Assembly (NCBI GenBank): GCA_018333535.1
Contig: JAGXTA010000071.1
Coordinates: 99,100 to 163,099, forward strand
Length of the DNA stretch: 64,000 bases
DNA from: Deltaproteobacteria bacterium
GTDB lineage: Bacteria; Desulfobacterota; BSN033; UBA1163
Direction: 5' to 3'
A model generated the notes under the pieces. That model ran no database searches. It saw nothing but the letters and a program-made list of their open reading frames with translations, and was not told the DNA's origin. The translations under genes and the position numbers were made by a program. Shown here in pieces: positions 63,976-64,000 of the stretch (its first letter is position 1; each line of letters opens with the position of its first letter).

Positions 63976-64000
63976 AATGGCTCCTGTAGCGATCCCACCA

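Overview
This 64 kb window comes from a Gram-negative environmental bacterium at roughly 45-50% GC. It is rich in TPR proteins and sigma-54 regulators and carries PEP-CTERM (exosortase-substrate) proteins. The organism was not identified.

Positions 1-25,300 are mostly housekeeping and regulatory genes. They include pyrD/pyrK, a GNAT acetyltransferase, a TPR protein, mobA, dnaJ and an FmdB zinc-ribbon protein. A divergent FabF-like ketoacyl synthase is translationally coupled to a multi-TM GAF histidine kinase (PrsK-like). Next come an unusual AAA+/degenerate-histidine-kinase fusion, a sigma-54 NtrC-type response regulator (PrsR-like) and an HD-GYP response regulator. The rest of the segment holds ccsA, an ACT-domain protein, a four-subunit 2-oxoacid:ferredoxin oxidoreductase, an ArsA/GET3-family ATPase, an aspartate aminotransferase, a NUDIX hydrolase, cinA and a PilZ protein. 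Four copies of a ~110 bp repeat with terminal inverted repeats sit in intergenic spacers here, one of them inside the oxidoreductase operon.

Positions 25,404-34,858 are a ~9.5 kb integrative element inserted at the 3' end of tRNA-Arg(CCT), with a 49-bp att duplication. It carries a tyrosine integrase, arm-type repeats, an Xis/AlpA-like HTH protein and a DnaG-type primase fused to a P-loop NTPase. It also encodes a 273-aa protein with Spo11/TopoVI-A-like motifs (RxxYY, EKDA, DxDPxG). This element is the most likely candidate for an undescribed system.

Positions 35,150-64,000 begin with a degenerate-histidine-kinase plus small-protein pair and a PrsT-like TPR lipoprotein. A ~21 kb stretch follows that is dense in toxin-antitoxin genes: two HepT/MntA pairs, several AbrB/PIN pairs, a Phd/VapC pair, an RHH/PIN pair, a UPF0175/PIN pair and an AbrB/RelE pair. 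It also contains TA pseudogene fragments, dispersed repeats, a group II intron remnant (domain V/VI) and a truncated, frameshifted sigma-54 activator pseudogene. A papain-like C1 peptidase is in an operon with a secreted protein that is split at an A7 tract. The segment ends with a PilY1-like protein, two PEP-CTERM proteins (plus a PEP-CTERM remnant) that share an identical 3' end, and another TPR protein.
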